A stretch of DNA of 64,000 nucleotides from a virus (Duplodnaviria > Caudoviricetes): the IMG/VR virus record IMGVR_UViG_3300010347_002008, positions 15,877-79,876 of that record; one strand, 5' to 3'. A program made the translations under genes and the position numbers. The notes below the pieces were generated by a model. The model did no database searches, was not told where the DNA came from, and saw nothing but the letters and a program-made list of their open reading frames with translations. Below, in pieces: positions 1-8,998 of this stretch; the stretch's first letter is position 1, and each line of letters begins with the position of its first letter.

Positions 1-390
1 CCATTTTAATCTTGTTTCTTCTGAATATACGTTTGTTTTTCCTTTATTCCAAGATGGCTTTCCCTTTTTAGATAAACTCATTTTACGTTTAGATTCCTCG
101 GAATGAACACCTCCCCAATGTATTCCACCTGATGGTGAAATATTATATCCGTTTGGAATTAACGTATTAAATCTTTCTATATAAAACAATTAGGCTCCTT
201 CCGCTTCTTCCTTAGTATTAAATAGTTCTAAAATTTGTTTTGTAAAATTTTCTTTTCCGTATTTTTTAATAGCTTTTCTAAAGGCGACACCACTTCCCAA
301 ATAATTATCATTTAAATTATTTGAAGAGTGGTCGCCAATATATTGTTTACCATTGACAACATTAGTTGTTATGTAAACATAATGTATCAA
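1..390 (-). pseudogene. GIY-YIG homing endonuclease with NUMOD3 repeats, interrupted by an in-frame TAA at 190-192; runs off the window edge
   Basis: HYVYITTNVVNGKQYIG (GIY-YIG). The frame continues past the stop as LFYIERFNTLIPNGYNISPSGG...HSEESKRKMSLSKKGKPSWNKG (NUMOD3). Confidence 0.85.
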
Positions 391-680
391 TCTTCTAAAT
401 AAATTTTAGATACAGAAGATAAACAAACAACAGTTTTTGCAGTATTAGAAAATGGATTATTTTGTTCCCATATTTCTATGAATTTTTTATAAAAAACATC
501 AGTTGAATCGTTTGAAACTATATAAACAACACAAAGATCATCTCTTTCAGCTGATTTATAATAATTTCCAAATATACCAACACCTGATTCTGTTTTAACT
601 ACATCGCCATGTTTAAACCCCCATATAGGATATCGCTCTTCGTGAAGAGCGATATCCTCTTGTAATATTAAGGGATTCAT
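387..680 (-). CDS. hypothetical protein
   Basis: 97-aa ORF tightly packed between gp32 and the GIY-YIG gene; no recognised motif. Confidence 0.6.
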   Translation of the reverse strand: MNPLILQEDIALHEERYPIWGFKHGDVVKTESGVGIFGNYYKSAERDDLCVVYIVSNDSTDVFYKKFIEIWEQNNPFSNTAKTVVCLSSVSKIYLED

Positions 681-682
681 TT

Positions 683-1669
683 TTACAGATTATTTAGGAC
701 ATCATCAAGACTTCCTTGAATTCCTTGGTCTGAATCTAATTCAGGCATTGTTAGGTCAGGAAATTGTGTTGATTCCCCACCATCTTCAAGGTCATCAAGA
801 TTAAGTTCTTGTGATGTTATAGAAGCTGCATCTGCAGGAGCGCCTGTTTTGCTCTTCTCCTTATTTCCCTTTACGTCTGCAAAGTTCTGCGACTTAGTTG
901 CTTGACCAGTCACTGCGGCAATTACGTGATTAACGTATTCATAAGTATCTTCATCCCATTCCTGGAATGCATACTTACTAAGATCAGGAGAGTTTTCTTT
1001 AACCCATTCAAATACTTTTTTCTTATCACTTTTTGCAGTGATTGGAATAAGTTTGCCTTCTGCATTAGGAATACATAATGGAATCCTCTCTTTTTCTCCG
1101 CTAAGGAATTTTGACTGATCATAATTATTATAGCCAGAAACCTTAGTAATTACAAGCGCAAAAGCTTTTCCGGTGAGTATATCAAATGGATCATGCTTTT
1201 CACCTATAATAGGTTTAAGTTCGGCATTGATCTTTTCCCAGATCTTAACTCCATAACGATACACTAATATTTTACCTTCCAATTCTGGCTGCTGTTTATC
1301 TTGCAGAACTTGAATTAAGGAAGCAAATGTGTGTCGTCTAGAGAAAATAGCTGCTTTATTCTGCATAGCTACATTATCACTCTTCTTAAGTTTCCAATAC
1401 ATATCCTGAAGGATTGATTGTTTACCTACTGAAGATGGACAGTCTACTGTGCGACCTCGTTGAGTAACTGGATCTTCAAGCCATGCTACCCATTTTTCTT
1501 GAATCGAACCGTATGTGGGATCTTGCCACCAGGGTATAAATCTAATTATTGCGCGGTAGATTCCGCCTTGACCCTTGTCTGCTGATGGAGTATATTCCTC
1601 AGCGTTTTTCGAAGTTGGCTCTTTAATCTCTACATTAGGATTAAATAGAGCATCATAATTTTCATTCAT
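683..1669 (-). CDS. gp32: T4 gp32-like single-stranded DNA-binding protein
   Basis: AIIRFIP, TVDCPSS, GKILVYRYGVKIWEKI, PFDILTGKAF and GYNNYDQSKF blocks, plus an acidic C-terminal tail typical of gp32. Confidence 0.9.
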   Translation of the reverse strand: MNENYDALFNPNVEIKEPTSKNAEEYTPSADKGQGGIYRAIIRFIPWWQDPTYGSIQEKWVAWLEDPVTQRGRTVDCPSSVGKQSILQDMYWKLKKSDNVAMQNKAAIFSRRHTFASLIQVLQDKQQPELEGKILVYRYGVKIWEKINAELKPIIGEKHDPFDILTGKAFALVITKVSGYNNYDQSKFLSGEKERIPLCIPNAEGKLIPITAKSDKKKVFEWVKENSPDLSKYAFQEWDEDTYEYVNHVIAAVTGQATKSQNFADVKGNKEKSKTGAPADAASITSQELNLDDLEDGGESTQFPDLTMPELDSDQGIQGSLDDVLNNL

Positions 1670-1823
1670 CTTTTTACTCTTTTTAGTTTATTACTCTTAT
1701 TAGACTTTTAGGTACCTTATTAGTCCGTTTAATTATATTATATATTCACGAACCTGTCAAAAGTTTTCATTTTTCTGTTAAATTTTTTTAACAGATAATG
1801 ATTTAATATTAAATATATTGCAT

Positions 1824-1973
1824 CTATTTTTTAACAAATTTTTTGGTTGGTTTTTTACCTTTAAATGTTATTATAAAGTAGATGAATTTTACCATATTCC
1901 ATGCCATTGCACCTAGTAAAATAGCAAAAAATATGTAAACTGGTATGAACCAAGGATTTTGTAATTCAAACAT
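1824..1973 (-). CDS. 49-aa membrane peptide (below the ORF-track cutoff)
   Basis: Hand translation MFELQNPWFIPVYIFFAILLGAMAWNMVKFIYFIITFKGKKPTKKFVKK. The ATG overlaps the end of the upstream gene; hydrophobic core with a basic tail. Confidence 0.6.
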   Translation of the reverse strand: MFELQNPWFIPVYIFFAILLGAMAWNMVKFIYFIITFKGKKPTKKFVKK

Positions 1974-2370
1974 CTTCAAAAATTTTTTTTAAAATTTTAT
2001 CTTTGCCTATCATGATGGCAGTCAATCCTAAAGATCCTCCTTCAAGTATAGCAAATTCTTCTCCATAAATAAGTGCTTTATTAAAGCAACTTCCTCTTAC
2101 AGTAAAATCAACTTTTTTTCTAACTGAGTTTGTCATAAAACACCTTTGTACTAAAGTTCTGTATAATGAATTTTTATCACTTATAATATATATGTTGTCA
2201 GCCAGTTCATCTAGTTTTGATATTATATACGCATATGTTTTTAGTTCCCTCTTTACAGGTTTATAATCTTGAATGAATTTTTTTAATGGATACGCATCTT
2301 TTAAATATTCATTAATAGATTGTTCTATTTGTTCTTTTGTTTTAGGAACTAAAATATTTTCTATGCTCAT
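1966..2370 (-). CDS. hypothetical protein with N-terminal KPK-type module
   Basis: Starts MSIENILVPKTKEQI. Confidence 0.7.
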   Translation of the reverse strand: MSIENILVPKTKEQIEQSINEYLKDAYPLKKFIQDYKPVKRELKTYAYIISKLDELADNIYIISDKNSLYRTLVQRCFMTNSVRKKVDFTVRGSCFNKALIYGEEFAILEGGSLGLTAIMIGKDKILKKIFEDV

Positions 2371-4340
2371 GAGCCAAATCTAAAAAAGCCAATAATTCTA
2401 AGAAGAGGTGTAAAGCTCCCTGTCAATTTAAGTATTTTTTCATTATATTGAAAAACAATTCCTTCTACAGGAACAACAGAATGAATTCCTCCTGACTTTT
2501 CAAGACGCTCAAGATGCTTAACCATCTCTTTTATTTTTTTGTTAAATGCTTCAACACCTTCTACATCTTTTTTCTCCATAAAATGTTTTAGATGATCCAT
2601 TGCTCTACTTAATTTGTCTTGAATACTTTTAGTAGCCTTATCGGAATCCATGGTAGCAAGTCCTTCTAGGTTTTTTAGAACCGTTACTCCTAGGGTTGTG
2701 AATATGTCAACAAATGGTTCTAATATAGATTCTGTAAGATCCTTTACATCTTTCTCCTGTTCTTTAACCCATTTTTGTAAATCCTCGGATTTATCTTTTA
2801 ATAATTTGTTTATTGTTATAGTTTTATCTCCTTTCCCCCAACGTTTAGCAAGAGTTTGTTTAAATTCTTCATCCGCCTCTTCGGGTAAATTTTTATCAAT
2901 ATACTTTCTTGTTTCTGCTTCTATATAATCGGCTATTGTTGATGTATCTTCTAAATTGTTATCAGTTTGAAGTACCATTAATTTACGAATCAATCCTTCT
3001 CCTATATTATTTGAATCTGTTATATATTTTATAATTAGAGGATCTGTTTTTTTGATTAAGAAAGTATTATCTACTTCTCCTTCACGTTGTAGTCTATCTA
3101 TTTCTTCTATTAATTCAGTAAGTTTTCCTTTTTCAATTATCTTAACGATTTTGCCGTCTTTATCTAATTCTCTTAAATGATGAATTCGTAATTGATTTCT
3201 TTCATAAGGAATTACATTCTCATTATCAGTATAAAGAATTTCTATGTTTAACCAACGCACGCCTTCTCCAAAAATCTTTTTAAGGTTTATATGTGTTGAA
3301 TCAAAAATATTTTGAAAATCTTCCATTGCAGCAACGAACGCCTTTCTTACACTTTCTGGGGATCCTCGATCAGTAAAATAATAATCCATCTCATCAATGT
3401 CCATGGCTTCTTCACCAAAATTTTTTAAATGTTTGGTTGAACGTGCTGAATATACTACTCCATCTCTACATGTAATTAAGATGTTTTGACCATCTAACTT
3501 TTCAGTTATATTTTCTAACTCGCCATGAAGAGATTTATTTATAATATCTCTTAATTCTTCAAACGTTAAATCTGAAGCTTCCCATATATTTTGTATGTGT
3601 CCTGCTGCTCCGCCCATTTCGTAAATTCCTTTTATTGTTTTATATTTGTCTGATGGATAAATATCTTCTTTTCCTGTTCTAACACCTTCGCCAGCTTCTT
3701 CTAAATCATCAGGAAATACCGGGAAATCTGCCTCTTTATTATCTGATTTATTTAATGCATCCCAAATAAATTTTATCTTTTTATCGGGTAATTGCGGGTA
3801 ATTTTCTTTAAATTTTTCATAATCTCCAGAAGCTAAATCTTCTCTAGTTCTTGTTGCAGAAATTGGTTCTCCATTAGAATAAGTTAATGGATCTGCGTTT
3901 ATGAGTAGCTCTACAATTTCAACCCCCTTTGGAAGATTTTTCCCAAACTTTTCAGGAGAATAATTATTTACGAATTCTTTAACACGCTTATAATCGTTTC
4001 CCTTTGTTGAGGAAGCTAAAGCATATTTTCCAGGAGTTCTCTCGGGTTTTTCAATCCAGCGATAACATGATAAAATTGGAGAGTACGAATCTTTATCTAA
4101 TACTACATCAACATTCATTCCAGATAAAACATTTCGAGCAATATAATATGCCGTATCCGCAGAAATATCATCTCTTTTTCCTGGACTTATAAATAAAACA
4201 ACCTTCTTAACTTCTGGTTTTTCTAAATATCTTTTAATAAAATCAATATGAGCCCCTGTAAGAGGTTTAAAACCTCCTGGATAAAGGATCGTAATCCTCT
4301 CTAATTTATCACCATATTCCTTAAGAGATTCAAATTTCAT
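2367..4340 (-). CDS. cytidyltransferase-like (HxGH-type) domain fused to an ATP-dependent ligase-like nucleotidyltransferase domain
   Basis: N-terminal YPGGFKPLTGAH and ISATRTR. C-terminal ligase-type motifs EKLDG (I), NIEIL (III), EGIVF (IV) and KILKLTG (V). Confidence 0.7.
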   Translation of the reverse strand: MKFESLKEYGDKLERITILYPGGFKPLTGAHIDFIKRYLEKPEVKKVVLFISPGKRDDISADTAYYIARNVLSGMNVDVVLDKDSYSPILSCYRWIEKPERTPGKYALASSTKGNDYKRVKEFVNNYSPEKFGKNLPKGVEIVELLINADPLTYSNGEPISATRTREDLASGDYEKFKENYPQLPDKKIKFIWDALNKSDNKEADFPVFPDDLEEAGEGVRTGKEDIYPSDKYKTIKGIYEMGGAAGHIQNIWEASDLTFEELRDIINKSLHGELENITEKLDGQNILITCRDGVVYSARSTKHLKNFGEEAMDIDEMDYYFTDRGSPESVRKAFVAAMEDFQNIFDSTHINLKKIFGEGVRWLNIEILYTDNENVIPYERNQLRIHHLRELDKDGKIVKIIEKGKLTELIEEIDRLQREGEVDNTFLIKKTDPLIIKYITDSNNIGEGLIRKLMVLQTDNNLEDTSTIADYIEAETRKYIDKNLPEEADEEFKQTLAKRWGKGDKTITINKLLKDKSEDLQKWVKEQEKDVKDLTESILEPFVDIFTTLGVTVLKNLEGLATMDSDKATKSIQDKLSRAMDHLKHFMEKKDVEGVEAFNKKIKEMVKHLERLEKSGGIHSVVPVEGIVFQYNEKILKLTGSFTPLLRIIGFFRFGS

Positions 4341-6093
4341 TTTTTGATTCGTTTAATTTTGTCAAATTGTATTTTTCTATATTCTCTGACAAATATTTTA
4401 AAAATGGATAGTAATTATTTGATACATATGTTTCCGAATCTTTATAGTTTGGGTTAGCTGTCAATATTTGTTTATTTCTTTCTTTATGCATTCTTAAAAT
4501 ACCATCATCAACTAAATCATCAACAAATTTTAGTCCAAATTGATCTCCGCGAGTCACCCTAAAATCAGATCTATCAATTTGTCTATCAGTTCCGTCTAAC
4601 AAACGTAATACTGCCTTCACATGACTTGGCGGATAATGACTATTTTTATGATGATTAATATAATCTATTGCTTTTACGAAGAATAAAAATTGATTACGTT
4701 TAATTCTTTCTTGAACAATTCTAAATATAGATTTATGGGATAGTTTATAATATAATAATTCAATTATTTTTTCAAAGAAATATTTGTTATGAAGAAACTT
4801 AAACTCTTTCTCCATCTGTATCATTTCTTTGTGTCCCTGCCCCGAATATTTAGGTAAAACATATGGAAGATGTCCATATTTATTCATTAACTCTCCATAC
4901 TTGGCCTCATCTAATATTTTCTGATAATCTTCAGACGAAATATAATCTAATATCCAATCACTATAGGATTTGGCTAGATTAGTTGCTCTCCATCTATTTT
5001 TCAAATTTGTTTTAGCAGTATCGATGATAGTTTGTCTAACCTTTTCTTTAGGTAAAAGTTTTAACACTCCTGATCTGTGCAATTTTTCTAAATCATATAA
5101 TGTTAAGTTCTCTTTTTCAATATACTCATTTGCATCTTTAATAACGTCTTCTTCTGCTTTTGGTTTCAAGACATCATTTATTCCTTCAACAAGAAAAGGG
5201 TATTTTTCTGCCACCTCCAATGGCAGATCTTGTTTCATGCTCTTGAGATTAACTTGAAACTTGGTCATTATTTCGTTTAACCTAGCTTTATGAATAAAAT
5301 CTTTTCTATGAATTATTTCCCATAATGTTTCAAAAGAATTAGCAGAATCAGGTTTATAACCATCTCCTAAGGCAATATCAACTACATCTTGTGGATCATT
5401 TGTGATGAATTCTGATCCTAAAACTGTACCTTTTTGAACTATATTTCCCTTTTTGCCCATAAAAGATCTCTTAATGTTCCAAACTCCAGTCGGAAACCTT
5501 ATGGCTAATGAAGTATATTCTTCTGCCTGCCCCTCAAATAATTTAGTAACTTCTTTTGTGGATTCTGAAACTAGAGCCATTAACAGTGCATTTCTTGTGG
5601 CTCCTTTATATTTTGATTCCCCTTCTGCGAGATTTGGTGAATGATACATAAATTTAGCCCATTTTAAATCAGGAGAAGGCATTAAATCTACTTGAGCATA
5701 TCCTTTTGATTCATCACCACATATAGGAACTTTGACAGATACTTGGTCAAATCCTTTTAAAAGTGTAGTTTCAAAACCATGTTCTTCATTCAATATTTGA
5801 TTAATGGCTTCTGAAATTTCTTCAAATTTCATTCCATTATCCAAAAATCTTTTCGCATCAATAGCTACATCAATATCTCCAGATTTTTCCCCTTTAGGTT
5901 TTTTTCCATAAGATCCTATTGGAAGTGCTTCATTTCTTTCAATAAAAATAAGCGGAAGAATGTTTAGTTCTACCCATTCATATGTTGGTTGAACTTCATC
6001 TGTTTCTAATGGACGAACGTTCTTAACAGCTTTGCCACCCATCTTTTTTATCTTTTTTAATGTGTTAAAAATGTTATTTAAATATTGACCCAT
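4330..6093 (-). CDS. Pol-beta-superfamily nucleotidyltransferase plus a second module after an internal KPK motif
   Basis: IGSYGKK...SGDIDVAID (GS...DxD) and QVDLM (third Asp); internal LVEGINDVLKPKAEED. Confidence 0.7.
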   Translation of the reverse strand: MGQYLNNIFNTLKKIKKMGGKAVKNVRPLETDEVQPTYEWVELNILPLIFIERNEALPIGSYGKKPKGEKSGDIDVAIDAKRFLDNGMKFEEISEAINQILNEEHGFETTLLKGFDQVSVKVPICGDESKGYAQVDLMPSPDLKWAKFMYHSPNLAEGESKYKGATRNALLMALVSESTKEVTKLFEGQAEEYTSLAIRFPTGVWNIKRSFMGKKGNIVQKGTVLGSEFITNDPQDVVDIALGDGYKPDSANSFETLWEIIHRKDFIHKARLNEIMTKFQVNLKSMKQDLPLEVAEKYPFLVEGINDVLKPKAEEDVIKDANEYIEKENLTLYDLEKLHRSGVLKLLPKEKVRQTIIDTAKTNLKNRWRATNLAKSYSDWILDYISSEDYQKILDEAKYGELMNKYGHLPYVLPKYSGQGHKEMIQMEKEFKFLHNKYFFEKIIELLYYKLSHKSIFRIVQERIKRNQFLFFVKAIDYINHHKNSHYPPSHVKAVLRLLDGTDRQIDRSDFRVTRGDQFGLKFVDDLVDDGILRMHKERNKQILTANPNYKDSETYVSNNYYPFLKYLSENIEKYNLTKLNESKNEI

Positions 6094-6107
6094 TTTTTTG
6101 CTTATAT

Positions 6108-6764
6108 TTATTTCTTTTTAAAAGGTTTTGATTTGACAATACTATTTTTGTTTTGTTCTTTCTTTTTTTCTTCTAAATTTACAACTCTTCGAATTAATTC
6201 ATCTTTTTGACCATCTTTATGATATGAATAAACCCCTTTAACAAACAACACATCAAATGGCTCATCTAAAATTTTTTTATATTTTTTTCCTGTTCCTTTT
6301 TTTACATATGCTATTGTCATGTGTGGTTCATATTTTGGAAAGGTTTGTGTATTTGGAAATGATTTCATAAACATATCACGATAAGTCTGTAGTTGTGCTG
6401 TTACAGGAACATTATATTTTACAACATCATATTCAGGATTTTCAAAAATATCAATCTCTTTTATTTGTACTTTGACTGGTTTTAGTTTTTGTTCCATCAT
6501 GTCAACAATAACAGATGGGTCAATTTCATCTTCATGAATTCCATATAAAATAGTTATATGAGGATTTTCTTCTAATCCATAAGAATCATCACTAGGTTTT
6601 ATAAAAACATCGTCTTCTTCAATTCCGTTTAAATGGTTTTCTTTCCAATCTTTAATTTTATTTGGTTCCATCATGACACAACCATAAACTTGTTCTTCTT
6701 GATTTTTCTGTTCAAGAAGCCAATTATCAATAGTTAAAAATTTAGTCTTCATCATCTTCTTCAA
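6108..6764 (-). CDS. 2H phosphoesterase (T4 gp57B/Acb1-like or 2'-5' RNA ligase-like)
   Basis: Two HxT motifs, PHITILYG and PHMTIAYV, about 77 aa apart. Confidence 0.8.
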   Translation of the reverse strand: MKKMMKTKFLTIDNWLLEQKNQEEQVYGCVMMEPNKIKDWKENHLNGIEEDDVFIKPSDDSYGLEENPHITILYGIHEDEIDPSVIVDMMEQKLKPVKVQIKEIDIFENPEYDVVKYNVPVTAQLQTYRDMFMKSFPNTQTFPKYEPHMTIAYVKKGTGKKYKKILDEPFDVLFVKGVYSYHKDGQKDELIRRVVNLEEKKKEQNKNSIVKSKPFKKK

Positions 6765-7968
6765 AATCTGGGAAATTTGATTTAAAATCGTCTCTTACAT
6801 TTATTTCTTCATCATCGGTTATTTCTAATAACTTACTCTCTAATTCACTAGTAAATTCCCTTGGATCAGTATATAATGTGGTTTGTAATTGCGAACCATC
6901 TGTATTCATATAAAAGAAATCTGAATTTATTTCGGAATATCCGGATGCCTCATATTCATATTCTCCTGTTTTAATATTAACTATAAATTTTATGTATGTA
7001 GTTAATTGTAAATCTGAACCATCATCTTTATAAAAATTGAATACTAAGTTATCTCCTCTTAAAGAAATTGCATCTTTTTCAAAGACCCCTCCTGTGGCTG
7101 GGTCAGAAACTCCTTCACGAATGAATTTTAATATTCCTCCTGCTTGTTCAATAGCCTTCTCCATTTCTTCAGGAGATTTCGGTTTAAATACTTGTTCTGC
7201 TACACCTTCTGTTAATTCGTCTAAATATTGAATTGCATATTTTAAAAATAATTTATAAGCCTTTCCTCCCAATTCTTTATATGTTTTTAATAATGGATGA
7301 TCCGGTGGTCTTCTTAGCATTCTTCCTCTGAACATGGGGGGTCTCATCATTTCTGGAGGCGGCATCATACCTCTTGGAGGTGGGGGCATTCTCTTAGGTG
7401 GTCCTGGTTCATATGAAGCATCCTTTAACATTTTTAATATATCTTCTTTTGAATGAAACTCCGACATTTCTTGTACAAAACTAAAAGCCATGGCCATTAT
7501 TTCTTGTTTATTTCCAAAATAATCTTCTTTGGTTTTAAATGTAGGGTTTTGTTTAACTTTCATTCTATCAACTTGTTGCAAGTGTATAGTTTCGTGCCCA
7601 AATCCAGACCACAGTCTATTCAATAGAGAATCTAATCTAGCTCTAGACATCTTAACAATCTTATCATCAAAAGTTTTATCAACATAAAGAGTAATTTTAT
7701 TTGTTGAGGGGTCAAATCCTAATAAACGGATTCCTGCTTCAGGAACCATATTAGCTTTTTGAAATTCTCTTTTTTCTTCTGCAGGAATTGCAGCCATGTG
7801 TTCGTCAAAATCAACAAGACCTATACCCAATGGATTTAATTGTTGATTCAAATCATAAAATGGATCCCATGTTTCAGATGTTGCTACATTGACAAAAATC
7901 TCCTTAAATTGATTAAACAGATTTTCACTGGGACTTATTTTTGCTTCATTTATAAATTTAGCTCTCAT
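6742..7968 (-). CDS. two-module protein: HExxH zinc-peptidase-like domain, Pro/Met linker, KPK module
   Basis: MRAKFINEA leader; GHETIHLQQ followed by a downstream QEIMA; LTEGVAEQVFKPKSPEEM. Confidence 0.6.
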   Translation of the reverse strand: MRAKFINEAKISPSENLFNQFKEIFVNVATSETWDPFYDLNQQLNPLGIGLVDFDEHMAAIPAEEKREFQKANMVPEAGIRLLGFDPSTNKITLYVDKTFDDKIVKMSRARLDSLLNRLWSGFGHETIHLQQVDRMKVKQNPTFKTKEDYFGNKQEIMAMAFSFVQEMSEFHSKEDILKMLKDASYEPGPPKRMPPPPRGMMPPPEMMRPPMFRGRMLRRPPDHPLLKTYKELGGKAYKLFLKYAIQYLDELTEGVAEQVFKPKSPEEMEKAIEQAGGILKFIREGVSDPATGGVFEKDAISLRGDNLVFNFYKDDGSDLQLTTYIKFIVNIKTGEYEYEASGYSEINSDFFYMNTDGSQLQTTLYTDPREFTSELESKLLEITDDEEINVRDDFKSNFPDFEEDDED

Positions 7969-7998
7969 TAATCAAAGACTTTATTTTATTTATTCAAA

Positions 7999-8024
7999 AT
8001 AAAAAAGGAGTGTTTCCACTCCTT
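7999..8024 (-). terminator. rho-independent terminator after the endolysin
   Basis: aaggagtg-tttc-cactcctt stem followed by a T-run on the minus strand. Confidence 0.75.
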
Positions 8025-8760
8025 ATATTAAATTAGGAAGAGTTTTTAATAATGAAATTAGGTTTGGATCGGGGTGACAGTCTGATTTTTGAGGATATGG
8101 TCTATATGATACATGTGTCCAAACTCCTGGGGTACCTCCAAGGGCTCTTGGAGAAATATCCCACATGTCTTCATTATAGTTTAATGGAATGTTATATGTT
8201 TTATTCCATAAAAGTATTATTTCACCAAGAGAATGAAGTTGATTATAAGTATATGCTTCATATATTTGTGATCCTCTAAATCCCATTGGATAAACACTAG
8301 TAGGAACATCAACAACACTGTCATAAACTGTGTATAATTTACCATTACGTTCTGTTAGTTGTCCCCAATTATCAAGTTCTATTGCTATAGATCCTTTATC
8401 TAGGGAAGAATTTCCACAACCTAAATGATAACCCCAATATTTAGAAGAAAATAATTGATTTATTTTTCCATTTCTTTCAATAATTACACAAGTAGCAACA
8501 TGTTCTTTGAAGGTTTTCCAATGTTCTAAATCTCCACTAATTCCGGGTCCACTTATAGTGTGATGAATTACAATTTGTTTTTTAGTGAAATACTCTTTAT
8601 AATATTTCACCCATTCAACTTGAACCAAGTCTTTATCATCTAATGACAAAGGTTTAAGATCTGACCAATCCCAGGTTGCTTTCGGAGGTTCAATAGGAAC
8701 AGGTGGTGTAATAACAGGTTCGGGCATAGTTTTTTTATTAAATAGTGGTATGCAAAACAT
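8023..8760 (-). CDS. N-acetylmuramoyl-L-alanine amidase (endolysin, Amidase_2 type)
   Basis: IVIHHT, SIAIELDN and WTHVSYR...KSDCHP zinc-amidase motifs. Confidence 0.85.
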   Translation of the reverse strand: MFCIPLFNKKTMPEPVITPPVPIEPPKATWDWSDLKPLSLDDKDLVQVEWVKYYKEYFTKKQIVIHHTISGPGISGDLEHWKTFKEHVATCVIIERNGKINQLFSSKYWGYHLGCGNSSLDKGSIAIELDNWGQLTERNGKLYTVYDSVVDVPTSVYPMGFRGSQIYEAYTYNQLHSLGEIILLWNKTYNIPLNYNEDMWDISPRALGGTPGVWTHVSYRPYPQKSDCHPDPNLISLLKTLPNLI

Positions 8761-8765
8761 TTTTT

Positions 8766-8773
8766 TATTTATA
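8766..8773 (-). promoter_or_regulatory. T4-type late promoter TATAAATA
   Basis: Exact TATAAATA just upstream of the amidase start. Confidence 0.7.
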
Positions 8774-8815
8774 TATCAAAAATAAAGGGGTTTTAGCCCC
8801 TTTATTTTTGATATA
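8772..8815. terminator. 19-bp perfect inverted repeat / bidirectional terminator
   Basis: tatatcaaaaataaagggg-ttttag-cccctttatttttgatata. Confidence 0.75.
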
Positions 8816-8998
8816 AAAATTAATAATATTAAAGTTTCTCAAGTATTATTATTTGGTCTATATCACCTACACTTGTACCAGGATCCTGTAGTGCCAAATG
8901 AATCACTGTACCAAATGTTTCCTATAGCATAGTCGCCAGCAAAAATTCGATTGTTTACTTCAATGAGTGATTACGTATGCCATAAATTATGATTTATT

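Noticed and set aside
8820-8990. Possible small gene or ferredoxin remnant (MAYVIT...) on the minus strand
   Set aside because: Stops in all frames within a short distance and no Cys cluster; cannot be supported.
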